Assembly: GCF_009914755.1 (NCBI RefSeq)
Contig: NC_060927.1
DNA length: 64,000 nucleotides
From: the human T2T-CHM13v2.0 reference genome, Homo sapiens
Reading direction: 5' to 3' (one strand)
In this document: positions 30,890 to 46,900 of the stretch, in pieces
Position numbering within the stretch: position 1 is the stretch's first letter
How the letters are laid out: every line of letters begins with the position of its first letter
The notes under the pieces: model-generated
Told to the model about the DNA's origin: nothing
Seen by the model: only the letters and a program-made list of their open reading frames with translations
Database searches by the model: none
Translations under genes and position numbers: made by a program

Positions 30890-31232
30890 TGTATTAGTCC
30901 ATTCTCATGCAGCTATGAAGAAATACCTGAGACTGGGTAATTTATAAAGATAAGAGGTTTAACTGACTCACAGTTCCTCATGTCTGGGGAGGCCTCAGGA
31001 AACTTACAGTCATGGAAGAAGGCACCTCTTCACAGGGCAGCAGGAGAGAGAATGAGTGCCAGCGGGGGAAATGCCACACACATAAAACCATCAGATCTCT
31101 TGAGAACTCACTATCATGAGAACAGCATGAAGGAAACCACCCCCATGATTCAATTACCTCCCACTGTGTCCCTCCCATGAAGTATTATGGGGATTACAAC
31201 TCAAGATGAGGTTTGGTTACCAAACCATATCA
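30890..31232 (-). mobile_element. Second THE1C/D-like solo LTR
   Basis: tgtattagtccattctcatgc...caaaccatatca. Confidence 0.92.
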
Positions 31233-33847
31233 GCTGATGCTTTAAAGAAGAATTATTTTGTTTCTTGTTATTTTCCAGTATTATTATACTGATATTAGAA
31301 AATATCTTCAGTATTGTTTTCATTTTGGAGAATTTGTTGACATTTTTTGTTTGTCTCATGAGTTTTCTTGAATCTGACCTGAAAAACTAAGGATAACTAA
31401 GTATTTATTCTTTATCATCAAGGCACATAATTTAAGATATATCAATCAGATGCCTTTTTGATTATGTTATTTAGATTTTCAATATTGATCTCTTTTGGAT
31501 TTCAAGAAGTAAGTGAAACTCTTCTATTTTAGTGTGATTTGATCCAATTCTTAATAGTTCTTAAATTTTAATAGTTCTCTAAGTCCCCACAAAGTATCTG
31601 CTAAAGTTTGTGTGGTTTCTCCTCTCACCCAATTTCAGTCAACACAATTTACTTTCTTAATATTTATCTTTGTAGTGTAAAATATGCTTATTCTATTACT
31701 TTACTTGACCCTTAGATATTATCTTTTGGTCCCAGTTACTACTGGCCATCTTCCAGCTTTATTCTAACTTCTAGCTTCATTTCCACCTTCCTCCTCTCAT
31801 TTATATTAATTGTATTTTTTTCTAGATCATCAGCATTTATGTTATTTATATTCTATCTTGCCATCTACTCCTAATATTTTCAAAAATGTCTTTGTTTTAC
31901 AATCAAATAGCTTCTTTTATTGCCACTCGTTTTACATTGCCCTAGTTATCTATTTATTGGCTAAAGTTTGTCTTCCAGTTGCTTTTTTTGTTTTCTCTCA
32001 GAAAGGCTCCTGGGATCAGCTGTTAATCTGTCTCTTTTATACTTGGAATTCAGGTTGGCTTGATAGAAATTCCTTAGGTTGTAGCTTATTTCCTTAAATA
32101 ATAGATTTTTTCATCATCTTCTGCCATTGAATGTTGCCGTGGAGTAATCTGAAGCTAACAGGTTTTTTCATTTTATTATGACTTGAACTTTTTCCTGACT
32201 GCCCAAAAATGATAATTTGTTTAAAGTCTAGTAACTTTTTTGGAAAAAGCTCTATGTTGACTGATCTGAGTTACTTCTCCCTGCCACATGATATTCTCTT
32301 TCAAAATGTAAATTTAAGTCTTCTTATATCAGAAAAAATTTCCTTCAGTTATATTTTTAAATATTTTCTCTTTTTATCACTTTTTTCTTCAGAAATTACT
32401 TTATGTTTATATTTGATCTGCTTTGCCAAACTTCTATAGCTGTCATTTTCACTCTACTTAGTTTCTTTATTCCATGTTCATTCCATTCCATGTCTATCGT
32501 TTTTCACTAAATGTTTTAATTCAATGCCTTTATTTAAATTTATTTATATTCTGAATTATTTTACTAAATTTTTCACAATATCCATTCTCCTTTGTGCTTC
32601 TTGTGACTTGTCAGCTCATATTTTACCTCCACCTGTATGTCACCTCTTTCCCTGAATTCCTGTATTTCAATTTTGTGATTATTTTCTGTAGCCATGATTG
32701 CTTTATTAAATTTTAAACTTAATATTACATTTTTGGTTATAATTTTCATATATTACATGACAGTATACTTCTGGTACATCTTCTTTTTCTGACAGTAAGT
32801 TATGTTTCTCTGTTTTCACCTTCCTTTCTTATAGTTTCCTTTTTTTTTCTTCAGATTTCTTTTTACCATCTTATAGTTTCTTTTATCAAGGCTGTGTCAG
32901 ATCATCTTATAATATTCGGTTGAATGTGTTAAATATTCCTTTTGTGTTTCCTGCAAAGGTCTGGGAAGGGGTAATTGAGAAGCAAGTGTATTGTAGTCTT
33001 CCAGGATTTTTCTCTCAAACACTCTCTCCTCTGCTGCAACCAGTACCACCTGTTTTCTTCAAACAGAGCTCCACTATTTGTTTCTTTGTGAAGATATGCC
33101 TCCTCAATTTCTCTCAACCAATCTGGGCTTAGAAGGACTTCTTCCTGTTCCAGGTTACCCAGGTCTCTTGTTGGTTAATTCAACAAAGGAACACAGTTCT
33201 TGTCGAAGGGACACAGCTGATCCTCTCACCAGCAGAAGCTGTATTTTTGTGGATCTTTCTGAATTTATAAAGGCTTAACTCACATTTTGACTTTTTTCCT
33301 GCCATTTTACCCCACGTGTAGGTTTTTTCCAATCTTAGGCTATTTCATCTTATCTCTTCTCAAAACACTCAGCTCTCCAAATTTCCTTTCCCAAAGGCTC
33401 TTGACCTCCAGGGAATGCACATTTTGTTCTGACTTGCTGCTGCTTTTCATCCTTCTGGAAACTTGCCCTCTCTATAATGCACCACTGTTCCCTGTGCCAC
33501 TGTGTCCCATGGGGCTGAAGTCAGTTTTAGATGCTTTAGACTATAGTTCTGAATTTGTGGATTTTTAAATCTCCTAGTTAAGCAAAAAATGGAATTTGCT
33601 TATTGTTCACTTTCTTTCTTGTATTCTTCTTTTCTTTCTTTCTTCTTCTTCTATTTTTTTTTTTGGAATAGGGGTTCCAGAAAGAAAAAAAGGGGAATGT
33701 TCATATTGTAGCTAGCTCCATATTCATACTCTCATTTCCAATGTTTCTGTATAAACAGCAAATTAAATCTTAAAACTTTGTCTTTTTGCTATTCAGTGCA
33801 TGCAAATGTAGGCTTTCCATCAATGCAAGAAATTTGTTACTATTTTT

Positions 33848-34410
33848 AGCGTGGCTTCATGGGCCTGCAACCACTGCAGTTGCGCAAAGCCCTATACTCA
33901 GGAGACCCCGCACTTGGGGTTTAATGTTCTACAGCTGTTTGCTGTCTTGAAAGTCTTAATAATTTTATATTTGAATTTGTGTTTTGTAAGCTAAGTCTGA
34001 TAGGACAAAGGAGCGTGTGTGTGAGATTAGACCCTGGGCACATGTACTATCCTGCTTCCCATCACCTCACCTCCCTGAGACAGGTTCTAGGTGCCCTGCC
34101 CTTTCCTTTATGTCCACTACCACCTTTTGTCCAGGGAGGTAGCCTGGTTGCTTCAGGGTCAACATTCTACCATTACTCTCTGCCCATAGAGCACTGGGCA
34201 GATAAGTTAGAAAGAGCCTCTTACCCTCCTCTAATCCAGATACAAAATTCATTCCAGTGTCTTAATTCTTTTAGGATGCAATACTTCACCCACTCATAAT
34301 GGGTTGAGTGGAAAGCCTTTGGGAAGAGGAGACTGACCAGTTCTTCCTTTATTCCCGGGTCCCTGTATTTGCATTTTCCACCAGCTCTGCAGATTATGTA
34401 GCCAGCTTTG
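33848..34410 (+). mobile_element. hAT-Tip100 element (MER91/Zaphod-like)
   Basis: 5' ggcttcatgggcctgcaacc...gtcttgaaagtcttaataa and 3' gcagattatgtagccagc. Confidence 0.6.
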
Positions 34411-34417
34411 ACTATGA

Positions 34418-34756
34418 CAGTCCTTTCTGTGTACCCATAAGGGGATTGGTTCCAGGAGCCCCCACAAATACCAAAATCCACGATACTCAAGTCATTTCTA
34501 TAAAATAGTATAACATTTGTATATAACTTACACACATACTCTGGGTACTTTAAATTATCTCTAGATTACTTATAATATCTAATACAATGTGAATACTATA
34601 TAAGTGATTTTTATATGGTATTGTTTGAGGAATAATAACAAGGAAAAAGTCTGTATATGTTCAGGACAAACGCAATCCTTTTTTATTTCAAATATGTTTT
34701 ATCTGTCATTGATTGAATCTACAGATGTGGAACCCATGAATATGGAGGGCTGACTG
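34418..34756 (+). mobile_element. MER2 (Tigger family MITE)
   Basis: ggggattggttccaggagccccc...tctctagattacttataat...gaatatggagggctgactg plus TA. Confidence 0.88.
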
Positions 34757-36589
34757 TATTTACATTCTACTGTTGAGATTATTGAAACTAAGATATAACT
34801 ACACATCTAATAAGGGTCTGGGTCAGAATACTGGAGCCCCTATGCTTTATCGCTATTTTTGTCAAATAATACCAGACTGCACCATCATGATAGAGCAATT
34901 AAAAAGCAAACTCTGGAAGTCCATTGAATTTGACCTCTACAATTGGTGTGCTTTTGAAAATGTTTAGTGATACACCACTGTATACTTGTTAGCGTATTAG
35001 GTAATATAAGAACTGTAGAGATTAAATACACTTGGTTTTTGCCCTCAGAGAGGCTAGATATTGTGTGTGTGTTTGTAGGATTTGGAGAGGTGAAAGCGTG
35101 GCCCGGGGTTAGGGAAGAAGAGTTGGTGGTGGTAGTGGAGGTGAAGTTAACTCTATTGTTGGGGAAATAAGTCATACAAAGTGCTAATCGAAGTTCAAAG
35201 AAGGGTAAAATGAAATCCTATGATTTAGGGATGGCATCTTGAGGAGCACTTAGTCTGGCTTTTTAAAGATGGCTAAGATATGGACATGCAAAGAAGGAAG
35301 GCATGACAGCTAGCACAGAGATGAATATTTAGGTGAAAAGGACTCTGTCCACTGGGGACTGAATTTCCTTTAGAGATTGGGGACTGAAAACTAACAAGAT
35401 TCAGTTGTTCATGTAATGAGTCCTTGGTTTTACTAGTAGCCTGAGACCATGGGTAGCATTTAAATATAATAATCTGTACCCACTCATGTAACATTAACAT
35501 TAATTATTACATATGAGTCCTTTGGGAAACACTGGGATGATCACATCCCCCCCTTCAAAGGACTTTGATCCAAAAAGGCAGAGAAGAATGGTAGATAAAC
35601 AATAAGAGCACATGTGATAAGTATCTTGAACGAGATATGGAAATAAGGCTAGGGGATTCCAGGAGATGGAAACATTCAAGCCTTCAAGAATGTCAAGCAA
35701 GTCTGTATCAGTAGTTGGCATTTCAGTAGACTCTGAAGGATGGAGATTTTGCCACGTTCGACTAGGGGAAAGGATGCCCAACTGGAGGAACAGCATGAGC
35801 AGAAGTAGGAAAGTAAAGGGCAAGAAAGTGAATAGTGACAAATTCAGTTTGATAAGGGTAGCAGTAGAGATTGTAGGGAAGGATTTTGTGCAGCTAAAGG
35901 AATGACAGGGGAGATATCTTCACAAATAATAGTCAGTCTAGAAGTCCTTTTAGATAGTCTCAAATTTATAACCATAAACAATGGAAGAAGGACAGTACAA
36001 TGAAGAGCTCTACATAAGAAAGCATGAAATTGCTTCAGAATTGCTGTGAGGTTTCTTTCCTCTGGAAATGAAATGTCACTGCATTTCTTGGATGACAATA
36101 GTATGATACTACTCCAAAGGGAAAAGAAAAGGTATTGACTCTGATGACTGTAATTGTATCTGGCCATTTTCCCTTTATATCATTGGCTATACTGCAGGCT
36201 TTCAATATAGACTAGAGGGTGACTGGTCCAAAGACTCACCTATTCATGTTCTTGTCCAGAAAAAAAAATCTGTATCAGTTCCTGAGAGATAAGATGTCCA
36301 TAGAGTGAATAAATAAGAAATAGCCCAACCAATTCAAACAAATTAGGGTATAGCCAAATTTCTTAATTTATTACTCGGTTAGAATAAAATGATAAATATT
36401 TCAGAAAAATAGAGGCAATAGTCTCTATTTTTAGAGACTATATATTATATATATATATAATATATAACAATATATTATTGTTTTGAAATATATGGATAAA
36501 TAAAACTAACATCTTAAAGTTAGTAGCTTTTTATTTTGAAAGTGGGTTCACATCTATATTCTAATAGCTTAAGAGATTATAGGGCATGA

Positions 36590-36830
36590 AATTTTTGCCC
36601 TATTTTACAAATGGGGAGACTGAGAATAAGGCATTCCTGACTTTCTGAGAAATAAAAGGCTTTTGAAGTGACCAAAGAGCTAGTGCTAACTTTCCTTTTA
36701 CAGAAGTGGGAACAGAGGCCTATGGTAGTAGTTGACTTGTCCAAAGACTCAGAGCTAGTGACTGATGAAGTTGGGACTCAAATCCTACATTCTACCTCTT
36801 AAACCAGGAAACTTCCCTCTACACCCCACT
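36590..36830 (-). mobile_element. MIR fragments
   Basis: ttttacaaatggggagactgag and ttttacagaagtgggaacagaggcc...gacttgtccaaag. Confidence 0.65.
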
Positions 36831-38228
36831 GCTTCTGAAGAGTAAGTAAGAGCTTTCCTTTTGATCATTGCCTCTATATGATTCAGCAAATACCCAAATT
36901 CTATTTCACAAGAATGTGGTCGAGTCTATTAAACGTTCTGTAGACAGTAAGCATCAGCACAGTTTGTTCCCTCCTGCACTCTCTTAAATGAATACATTCC
37001 TCACCTGCAGAGGGGTGACATTTAAAATAAAGCCAAATAATTTTCTGTTTTTGAAAATGTCAAAGATGATCAGGGATCACGTCCAGGCTTGGAGCTACAG
37101 TACCATTTTTTTTTTAATGACTGTGCAGTTTAAACACATGGGTAGATAAAATCTCTGGGTTTCTTCTGGTGAGCTGAAGTTTTGAAATTCACTTAATCCC
37201 TTGCTATCTTAGAATCAGTACCATGCACGATATAGGCCATCCAAAATTTAGTGTTTATGGTCATATAAAAAAAAAACCTTGGCAGGCTGCAAATCAGCAG
37301 TGTGCCCAAATGCTTTCTAACTGCTTAGAGAATTACTTCAGAGGATGAAAGACATGAAGGACAAGAACAGTTTGCCACTTTATAAGCTTGAGATGATCCA
37401 GATAATTTAGAAAATTCTTTCCACAAGGAAAAATAACATTCATTACAGACTTAAAAAAAACAGCTGATGACAGTATTTGTGATACATAAAACATCCTATT
37501 TTTAATAGTCATCACATATGGATTGTAATTTGGATACAGAAAAAATATTTTTATAGTTCTACCTTCAAAGAGGATGGTAAAGGTTTGATGCACAAGTAAC
37601 TCATAGCTTTTCTTTCCATACTCATTTTGTGTGATCTTAGGAAAAAAGCCCTTCATTTCTATGGTGATTCAGTTGACCATTTTTGATCATGTATTTATAG
37701 TTTCTCTGTCAACAAATGCTTTTTTTTAGGGCTTCCTAGATGTTATGATATAAAAATTGTATGGCTACTGGTTAGTTAACAAACACTTGCCTTATAATTT
37801 TGGAAGAGAGTAAATTTTCTTTTGTATACTTTTTATTAACATGAATATAGTGGCTCCAAAGGGCTGGACAGGTGCACGGCATTCCCCCAAGTGATGAAGC
37901 AGAGCATAGGTAAGTTGTCAGACAGCACAGTCACCAGTCACCAGAAAATGACTGAAGGCAGCACTCTTTCTTCATATGTGGCATTTCCATGTTTCTTCAC
38001 CAAGCTTGTGTCGTGTTTCTACTTAGCTGCATTACAAAATTTTCTTTGTGGAGAGCATCGGATTTAGCTACGCATTTTATGAAAGTGTGTTTATAATTAA
38101 CTGAGTAACTGTACTGCTTAGGAATCACAAGAGGCCATCACTGGACCTGGTTTTGAGCTCTGGCAAATAGCATGGGTAAGGAGAAAGAGGAGGTGATGGT
38201 AGAGAAGTCAGGGTAAGAGAAGGGTTTA

Positions 38229-38531
<303 letters not shown>

Positions 38532-38997
38532 TTAGGCATCGTCATGAGAACAAGTGGCTGATCTTTCTTGGTTTCTTGCCTGTCAGAGACACGGAGTGAG
38601 AGAAACTTCTGGGGATCCCTGCTCTGTGTGAAAATAGGCTGATGCTCCTTAACCTGTAGTTCAAGGGCATCACTTAGAATAGGTGAATTCCATAAGAAAA
38701 TTAAAAAGAAGTTATTAAAGTCTATTAAAGCAAACGTAAGGACTTGATCCCTAAAATATTCTCATAAGATGGCAGGCAGAGCATAAAATCAATAGTAAGT
38801 CTCCCACTCCACCTCCTCATTGCAGATCCACTGCAAGAGGTGACTTACTTTACGTTCTCTGATTTGCGTTTTTCTGGTGTGTACCTACAACTGCTCACTC
38901 CATTGCCCATAAGTTTGAGAAATAAACATAATTTTCTCAAATTCTTGATCCATCAGTGTTCAGCAGTAGTAGATGATTCCAAAAACAAAAGATGTAG

Positions 38998-39411
<414 letters not shown>

Positions 39412-40419
39412 AGATTGGATACTTCTGTGCTTTGCTTACAACTTGAGAAAATACAATTCAGCAATGTTTACATTATTAAGATTAGGCAAATAGTATTTAC
39501 TGCAGAACCAACTAGTGAAATTTGATCTGTAGAAAAAAGGAAATGTAATCTTAAAGCATTAAATTTGTGTCACTTTAAAGAGAATTTTCTGCAAGTCGAG
39601 GCCAAGTGAATTCTCTTTTTTTACAGCCCATTAATTGTTCATTGTAATGCCATAGTTTAGATCAATTAATATGTAAACCATGAGGGGGTAAGGCTTTCAG
39701 ATATGTGCCTGGGAAACTGAGGAGTTTGGAGAAAATGACTAAGAGGAGAGATAAGGAATGAGTCAGGACTGTTTGATCAATGAGGTTTTAATTGTCACAG
39801 CAAAGAGGTCTGTCATAAACTTGTTCCTGGCTCTGAGAGAGGAAGCAAATAAGTAATAAATAAGATAATTATTTTCAGTGAAATTTCTGTAGGTTAGTTA
39901 AGGTATAGGGTATTATTGCTTTGATAATTTGACATACTGCTAACTGAATAAAATATAAAAAGGGTAAGAGAAATAATTACATAACTCTATCCAGTGAAAT
40001 TTTCAGGACTTGAACAAAAACATTCAATGATACTGGCTTACAGGGCCTAGTGGAGACTGTGGGGTTAGTGAACATAGTGTACAAAGGTGGCTGGAACATG
40101 GCAGAATGTAGTGGAAACAGCTATTTTATGCAATGGATACGGGGATCTCAAGAAGCAGACGTGGACCAAGCAAAAGTGGCAGTGCCTAGAAAGAGCTATA
40201 GCTCTCACTGAAAGTAATTCACACCTGGAAGAAAGTATAGCACTCACTGGAAGTTGTTGTGCCCAACAGATTTTACTGTCCCCAGAAAAAGAAAATTGGT
40301 TTAGAATATGGGAAGAAGGGGTGGGTGTTATATGAAAGATGAGCAGCTTTTTCATGAGATTTCCCTGAGGACATAATTGGGAGAGACAGAGTAGAGGAAA
40401 AAAAACTAGTTAAAATTTT

Positions 40420-40457
40420 GTATATATATATATATGCGTGTGTGTGTGTGTGTGTGT
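40420..40457. repeat. (TA)n-(TG)n microsatellite
   Basis: Read directly from the sequence. Confidence 0.95.
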
Positions 40458-40534
40458 TGTATTTTATATAGATCCTTGATAAATATAAACACTTTAAATT
40501 TCAATTATATGAAGACATTTTTCTAGAGCAATAT

Positions 40535-40730
40535 TACATTGTGGGAAAAAGTGTGAGAATTTGGTCAGAGGAAGAACTCTGTTTGCAAAGCTGTTGTACA
40601 AGTCTCTCTAAGGTTATCTGAGCCTCATTTTTTCTAATCTGTAAATTGGGAATAAGAAACCCCTTCTTTCTTACTAGGTGTTGTAAGAGTGAAGTGGAGA
40701 GATGTGAAAATCACATGTGAAACCTAACGG
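40535..40730 (+). mobile_element. MIR
   Basis: MIR core tctgagcctcattttttctaatctgtaaattgggaata. Confidence 0.7.
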
Positions 40731-41295
40731 GTTATAGGACTGTTGGCTTTTCTTCTACAGAATAATCAAATTTTAGAAATACTCTTCTTCAGATACCTGC
40801 TCCCCAAAATCTGGAGCTCAGACAAGCCTTTGTATCCCTTGTTTACTAAGCAGCAGTGATAAATGTAATATTTACTCACCTCATTAATACAGTTATCTGG
40901 CTTGGTCTACTCTAGGGTCAAATGTATCTTCAGTGTTTTGACTTCTTTCAAGAACACTTAGAGAAGGGTATAGGTTATGGTCCTGAAAAATAACAACCTT
41001 CTGTCCTAGGCAGAATTTTCTCCTGAGATGACAGTTCAAATTCCCTATCCCTGATACCAGGTGAATCAACACAACTTATGGATTTATTAACAAACCTATT
41101 GTTATTGTTGAGGATTTTAAAAATAAATTAATTTTTGTTATTATAAGTCATTATCTGGATTTTTTCAATACTTATTGATTGTATTTATGTGAGGGTGGTA
41201 ATCAGTATGGTAGAAGAGGAGAACACTAGAATAAAATTTTAAAAAATGGGAAACTTAAACTGGGTTTATTCTTTCTTCCTTTCTCTTATTTCCTT

Positions 41296-41620
<325 letters not shown>

Positions 41621-43589
41621 CTCTTATTTCTAATTAATAAATAATATTTATATTTATTTATAGGGTACAAAAAAGGCCATCAGAAAACATTCACTGAAGT
41701 CTTACTTGTAGAACTTAAACTTCAAAAATGAGTAGAATTTGGAATGTGGAGATGGGCCTAGATTGTAAGACTCAGAAACGACACATGCAAAGGTTCTGAG
41801 GCCAAAAATCATGGCCCGTATACAAGAAATGGTGTAAGAGTACCATTTGGCTTGAGTTTGAGCATGAGAAACAGAATGTTAAGCTGCCATTTCACATTGT
41901 AATGACTATGAGGCAGAATAAAAAAAGTTTCCTAATATGCAATGTAGAAAAGCCAAAGGTAAAATTATATCTCTACACTGACTTCGGCTTCGTAAATTAT
42001 GTCTGCTCATGAGCAAAGGATGAAAGGAAATGCTACCCACAAAAAAATTTATAAACAGATGGCATTAGACTAGAGAAATTTCCATTTTTAAATTTTTTAT
42101 ATTGTTATTACACATTAAATAGTTGGAAATGCATGAAAGTGTTTCTGCATTTTATGAATGTGAGGCTTTCAGACATTTATACATACCTTAAAAATATAAA
42201 TAACTTGCACATGAAACTCAGTGGCCATTATTCACACTCTAATTTCTAGGAATCCAGCACAATGAAAATTCTAGAAATTCTCTTTTCCTTTCTCATTTGA
42301 AAGGTGGCATAAAGTATACGTGCAAGGTGTTCCTGTTTATAGCAAAAGACACATCTAATAGGTAACCATCTGAGAGGAAGGGCTGATTTTTTAACAGGGC
42401 ATTATGATGACAAAGCTTGGCTGTCTGTAAAAGAAGTAAAATATGGAGAATTATTGAAATTAAAGTGATAAAATGCAAAGATTACATAACATTTCATAGA
42501 TGCTGAGTTATGCTCAAGGGACTCACTTAGTAGGCAGTTTTGTGATAGAAGGTGAAATATATCCATTTATTCAAAAAGCAATGTATTGCCCACCTCACTG
42601 TCTTGCTAACCTCAGCATTCTCTCAAGGTACCTGGAAGCAGAATTAGTTGCAATAGTATTCATAGGTCTATCCACATCTATCTTATTGCCAAGATGAACT
42701 AGATTTGTTTGCAGGAAAAAAGGGAGACGATGTCGTTGATTGCTCTAACTTACTATAAAGCCGCATACTTATTTGGTGCTTTTACTAAATTAGTTTTTTC
42801 TAATCATCAAAATATATACGTATGTATTGTTATCTTCCGCAATGCATTTGACTTCTCAGAGGCTGTAGTCAAACATTAAGCAGAATAACTTACTTGACTA
42901 AATCACTAAATTTTATGCAGTTAAGACTGGAAAAAATTACACATCAAACCACCTTGTTTTATACAATGGGAAACTGAGGACCAGAGAGAGCAATATTTCC
43001 ATGCAATTTCACAGTAAAATTGAGTGGTAATGAAAGACTAGAAAAAAAGTCTCTTCCTTCCTCATTTAGTACTCTCTTTCTAAGTAACATACCACGTTTT
43101 TATTGGAAACACAGAGTAGGTTAGAGGAAAACAATTATAAGCATGTCTTCGAACATTAAAGTAGGAAATTAAATTTGATTTATGGAAGAAAAAAAGAAAT
43201 TAGATTTACCTCCCTTTTAGAAGAGTAGTAATTAGCACATTGCTCAATGATGGAAATGGGCATTGTTAGAGAGTGACTTGGGGCTGATATGTGGCATCTT
43301 TGTCTTTCTTATATGTGCTTCACTGTAATCACTCACTAATGTCAACTAAAATGATGCTCTTCAAAAATGGCAATAGAAGGAACTAGTCAACAGTTAATAC
43401 TGAAATATCTATTTACTTTCTGACTACACTGAGCCCAGTAAAAGGCTCTAGAGGGCTACTACAGCATGACAGGTTCTTATTCTTGAGGAAATTAAAATCT
43501 AGTTAGAAAAAGAAGTATAAAATATACAACAAAGCAACAAATAATACTAAAAGAATACACTTATTTGCAAGTTTATTGGGTATAATCAC

Positions 43590-43949
43590 TAAGAAGACAT
43601 ACAAGTGACCACACAAAGTGCTCAACATCACTAATCATCAGAGAAATGCAAGTTCAAACCACAACGAAGTACCGTCTCACACCAGTCAGAATAGCTATTA
43701 TTAAAATGTCAAAAAACAAAAAACAGCTGTTGGTGAGGATATGGAGAAAAGGAAATGCTTATGCATTGTTGGTGGGAATGTAAATTGGTACAACCTCTGT
43801 GGAAAACTGGATGGAGACTTCTCAAGGAACTAAAAATAGAACTATCATTAAATCATCAATCTCACTATTGGGTACACACCCATCATCAATCCCACTATTG
43901 GGTACCCACCCAAAGGAAAAGAAATCATTGTATCAAAAAGACACCTGCA
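43590..43949 (+). mobile_element. L1PB-like 3' fragment, left part
   Basis: ORF2 C-terminal region ([29 protein letters not shown]); continues at 52414. Confidence 0.85.
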
Positions 43950-46900
43950 GAAAGAGGAGGCAGAGCAAGATGTCCAAATAGAAGCCTTCACTAATCATCC
44001 TGACTGCAGGAATATTAAACTGAACAACTAGTCACACGCACACACAAAATCACCTTCATAAGAACCATAAATCAGGTGAGTAATCACAGAACCTGGTTTT
44101 AACATGATATCACTGAAGGAGACACTAAAGAGGATAGGAGAGACAATCTTGAGTTGCCAGTGTCACCCCTCTTCCATTCCCCAGCAGCAGCCACATGTCA
44201 CAGAGAAAGAATCTGTGCACTTGGGAGAGGAAGAGCACAGTGATAAAGGGATTTTGCTCTAGAAATCAGGGCTGCCCTGTCGCAGTGGAAAGCAACACCA
44301 GGCAGAACTCAGCTGGAGCCCATGGAGGGATTATTTAGACCCAGCCAGAAGGGAAGTGCCCATCCCATAGTCAGAACCTGAGTTGTGGCAAGCCTCACCA
44401 TTGTTGCCTAAAGTGCTCTGGGATTCTAAATAAACTTTAAAAGCGGTCTAGGGCACAAGGACTGCAATTCCTGGGCATGTCCTGGTACTGTGCTGGGCTC
44501 AGAGCCAGCAGACTTGAGGGGCAAGTGACCTAGTGAGATACCAGCTTGGTCGGCCAAGGGATTGCTTGCACCACACCTCCTCAACTCCAGGCAGCACAAC
44601 TTGCAGCTCCAGGAAAGACTCCTTCCCTTCTCATGAGAAGAGGAGGGGGAAGAGTAAAAAGGTCTTTGTTTTACAACTTGAATACTGGCTTAGCCAGAGT
44701 AGGACAGAACACCAGCAGAATTGTGAGGGTCCGATTTCAGGACCCCGCTCCTAGATGACATTTCTAGATGTAGCCTGGGCCAGAAGGGAACCTGCTGCCT
44801 TGAAGGGAAAGACTGAGCCCTGGCAGGATTCATCATCCGCTGACTAAAGAGCCCTTGGGCCCTGAATAATCAGCAGTGGTAGCCAGGCAGTACTCACTGT
44901 GGGCCATGGGTGAGATTCAGAGATGTGCTCGCTTCAGGTGTGACCTAGTGCATTCCCAGCTATGCTGGCTATGGGAAGAGACTCCTTTTGCTTGAGAAAA
45001 AGTGATAGAAGAGTAAAAGGGACTTCGTCTTGCAGCTTAGGTATCAGCTTGGCCACAGTGGGATAGAGCACCAAATGGGGTCTTGGGGTCCACAATTCTA
45101 TACTTTGCCTCTTGGATGGCATTTCTGGACCTGTGTTATGTCACAGGGGAGCCCACTGCCCTGTAGATAAAGCCCCAGACCTGGCAGCATTTACAAAAAG
45201 CTGACTGAAGACCACTTGGGCCTTGAGTGAATGTTGGTGGTAGGCTGGCTGATATGGTTCAGCTCTGTGTCCTCACCAAAATCTCATTTTGAATTGTACT
45301 CCCATAATTCACACGTGTTATTGGAGGGACCCAGTGGGAGAGAACTTGAATCTTGGGGGTGGGCTTTGTTTCCTTCATACTGTTCTCATGGGAGTGAATA
45401 AGTCTCACGGGTTTGTCAGGGGTTTCCACTTTTGCATCTTCATTTTCTCTTGTGGCTGCGATGTAAGAAGTGCCTTTTGCCTCCTGCCATGATTCTGAGG
45501 CCTCCCCAGCCATGTGGAACTGTAAGTCCAATTAAACCTCCTTCTCCCTAGTCTCAGGTTTGTCTTTATCAGCAGTGTGAAAATGGACTAATACAGTAAA
45601 TTGGTACCAGTAGAGCAGGGTGTTGCTGAAAAGATACCTGAATAGGTGGAAACCACTTTGGAACTGGGTATTAGGCAGAGGTTGGAGCAGTTTGGAGGGC
45701 TCAGAAGACATAAAAATGTGGGAAAGTTTGGAACCTCCTGAAGACTTGTTGATTGGCTTTGACAAAAATGCTGATAGTGGTAAGAACAATAAGGTCCAGG
45801 CTGAGGTGGTCTCAGATGGAGATGAGGAACTTGTTGGGAATCAGAGCAAAGGTGACTCTTGTTATGTTTTAGCAAAGAGACTGGTTGCATTTTGCCCCCA
45901 CCCTAGAGATTTGTGGAACTTTGAACATGAGAGAGATGATTTAGTGTATCTGGCAGAAGAAATTTCTAAGTGGCAAAGCATTCAAAAGGTGGCTTGGGTG
46001 CTGTTAAAAGCATGACATTTTAAAAGGGAAACAGCATAAAAGTTTGGAAAATGTGTAGCCTGACAATGTGATGGAAAAGAAAATCCCATTTTCTGAGGAG
46101 AAATTCAAGCCAGCTGCAGAAATTTGCATAAGTAACAAGGAGCTGAATGTTAATCCCCAAAACAATTGGAAAAATGTCTCCAGGGCATGTCATAGGTCTT
46201 CATGACAGCCCCTCCCATCACAGACCTGGAAGCTTAGGAGGAAAAAATGATTTTGTGGGCTGGGCCCAGGGTCCCCATGCTGTGTGCAGCCCAGGGACTT
46301 TGTGCCCTGCATCCCAGCTGCCCCAGCCATTGCTAAAAGGGGCCAAGGTACAGCTCCACCCATGGTTTCAGGGGATGTAAGCCCCAAACCTTGGCAGCTT
46401 CCACATAGTGTTGAGCGTGAGGGTGCACAGAAGTCAAGAATTGAGGTTTGAGAACCTCCACCTAGATTTCAGAGGGTGTATGGAAACAACTGGATGCCCA
46501 GGCAGAAGTTTGCTGCAGGGGTGGGGCTTTCATGGAGAACCTCTGCTAGGGCAGTGTGGGAGGGAAATGTGGGGTCAGAGCCCCCACACAGAGTCCCTAC
46601 TGAGGCACTGCCTGGTGGAGCTGTGAGAAGAGGGCCACTGTCCTCCAGACCCCAGAATGGTAGATCCACTGACAGCTTGCACTGTGTGCCTGGAAAAGCC
46701 ACAGACACTCAATGCCAGCTTGTGAAAACAGCCAGGAGGGAGGCTATACTCTGCAAAGCCACAGGGGTGGAGCTGCCCAAGATTATGGGAACCTACCTCT
46801 CTTGCATCAGCGTGATCTGGATATGAGACATGGAGTCAAAGGAGATCATTTTGTAGCTTTAGAATTTGACTGCCCTACTGGATTTCAGACTTGCATGGGC

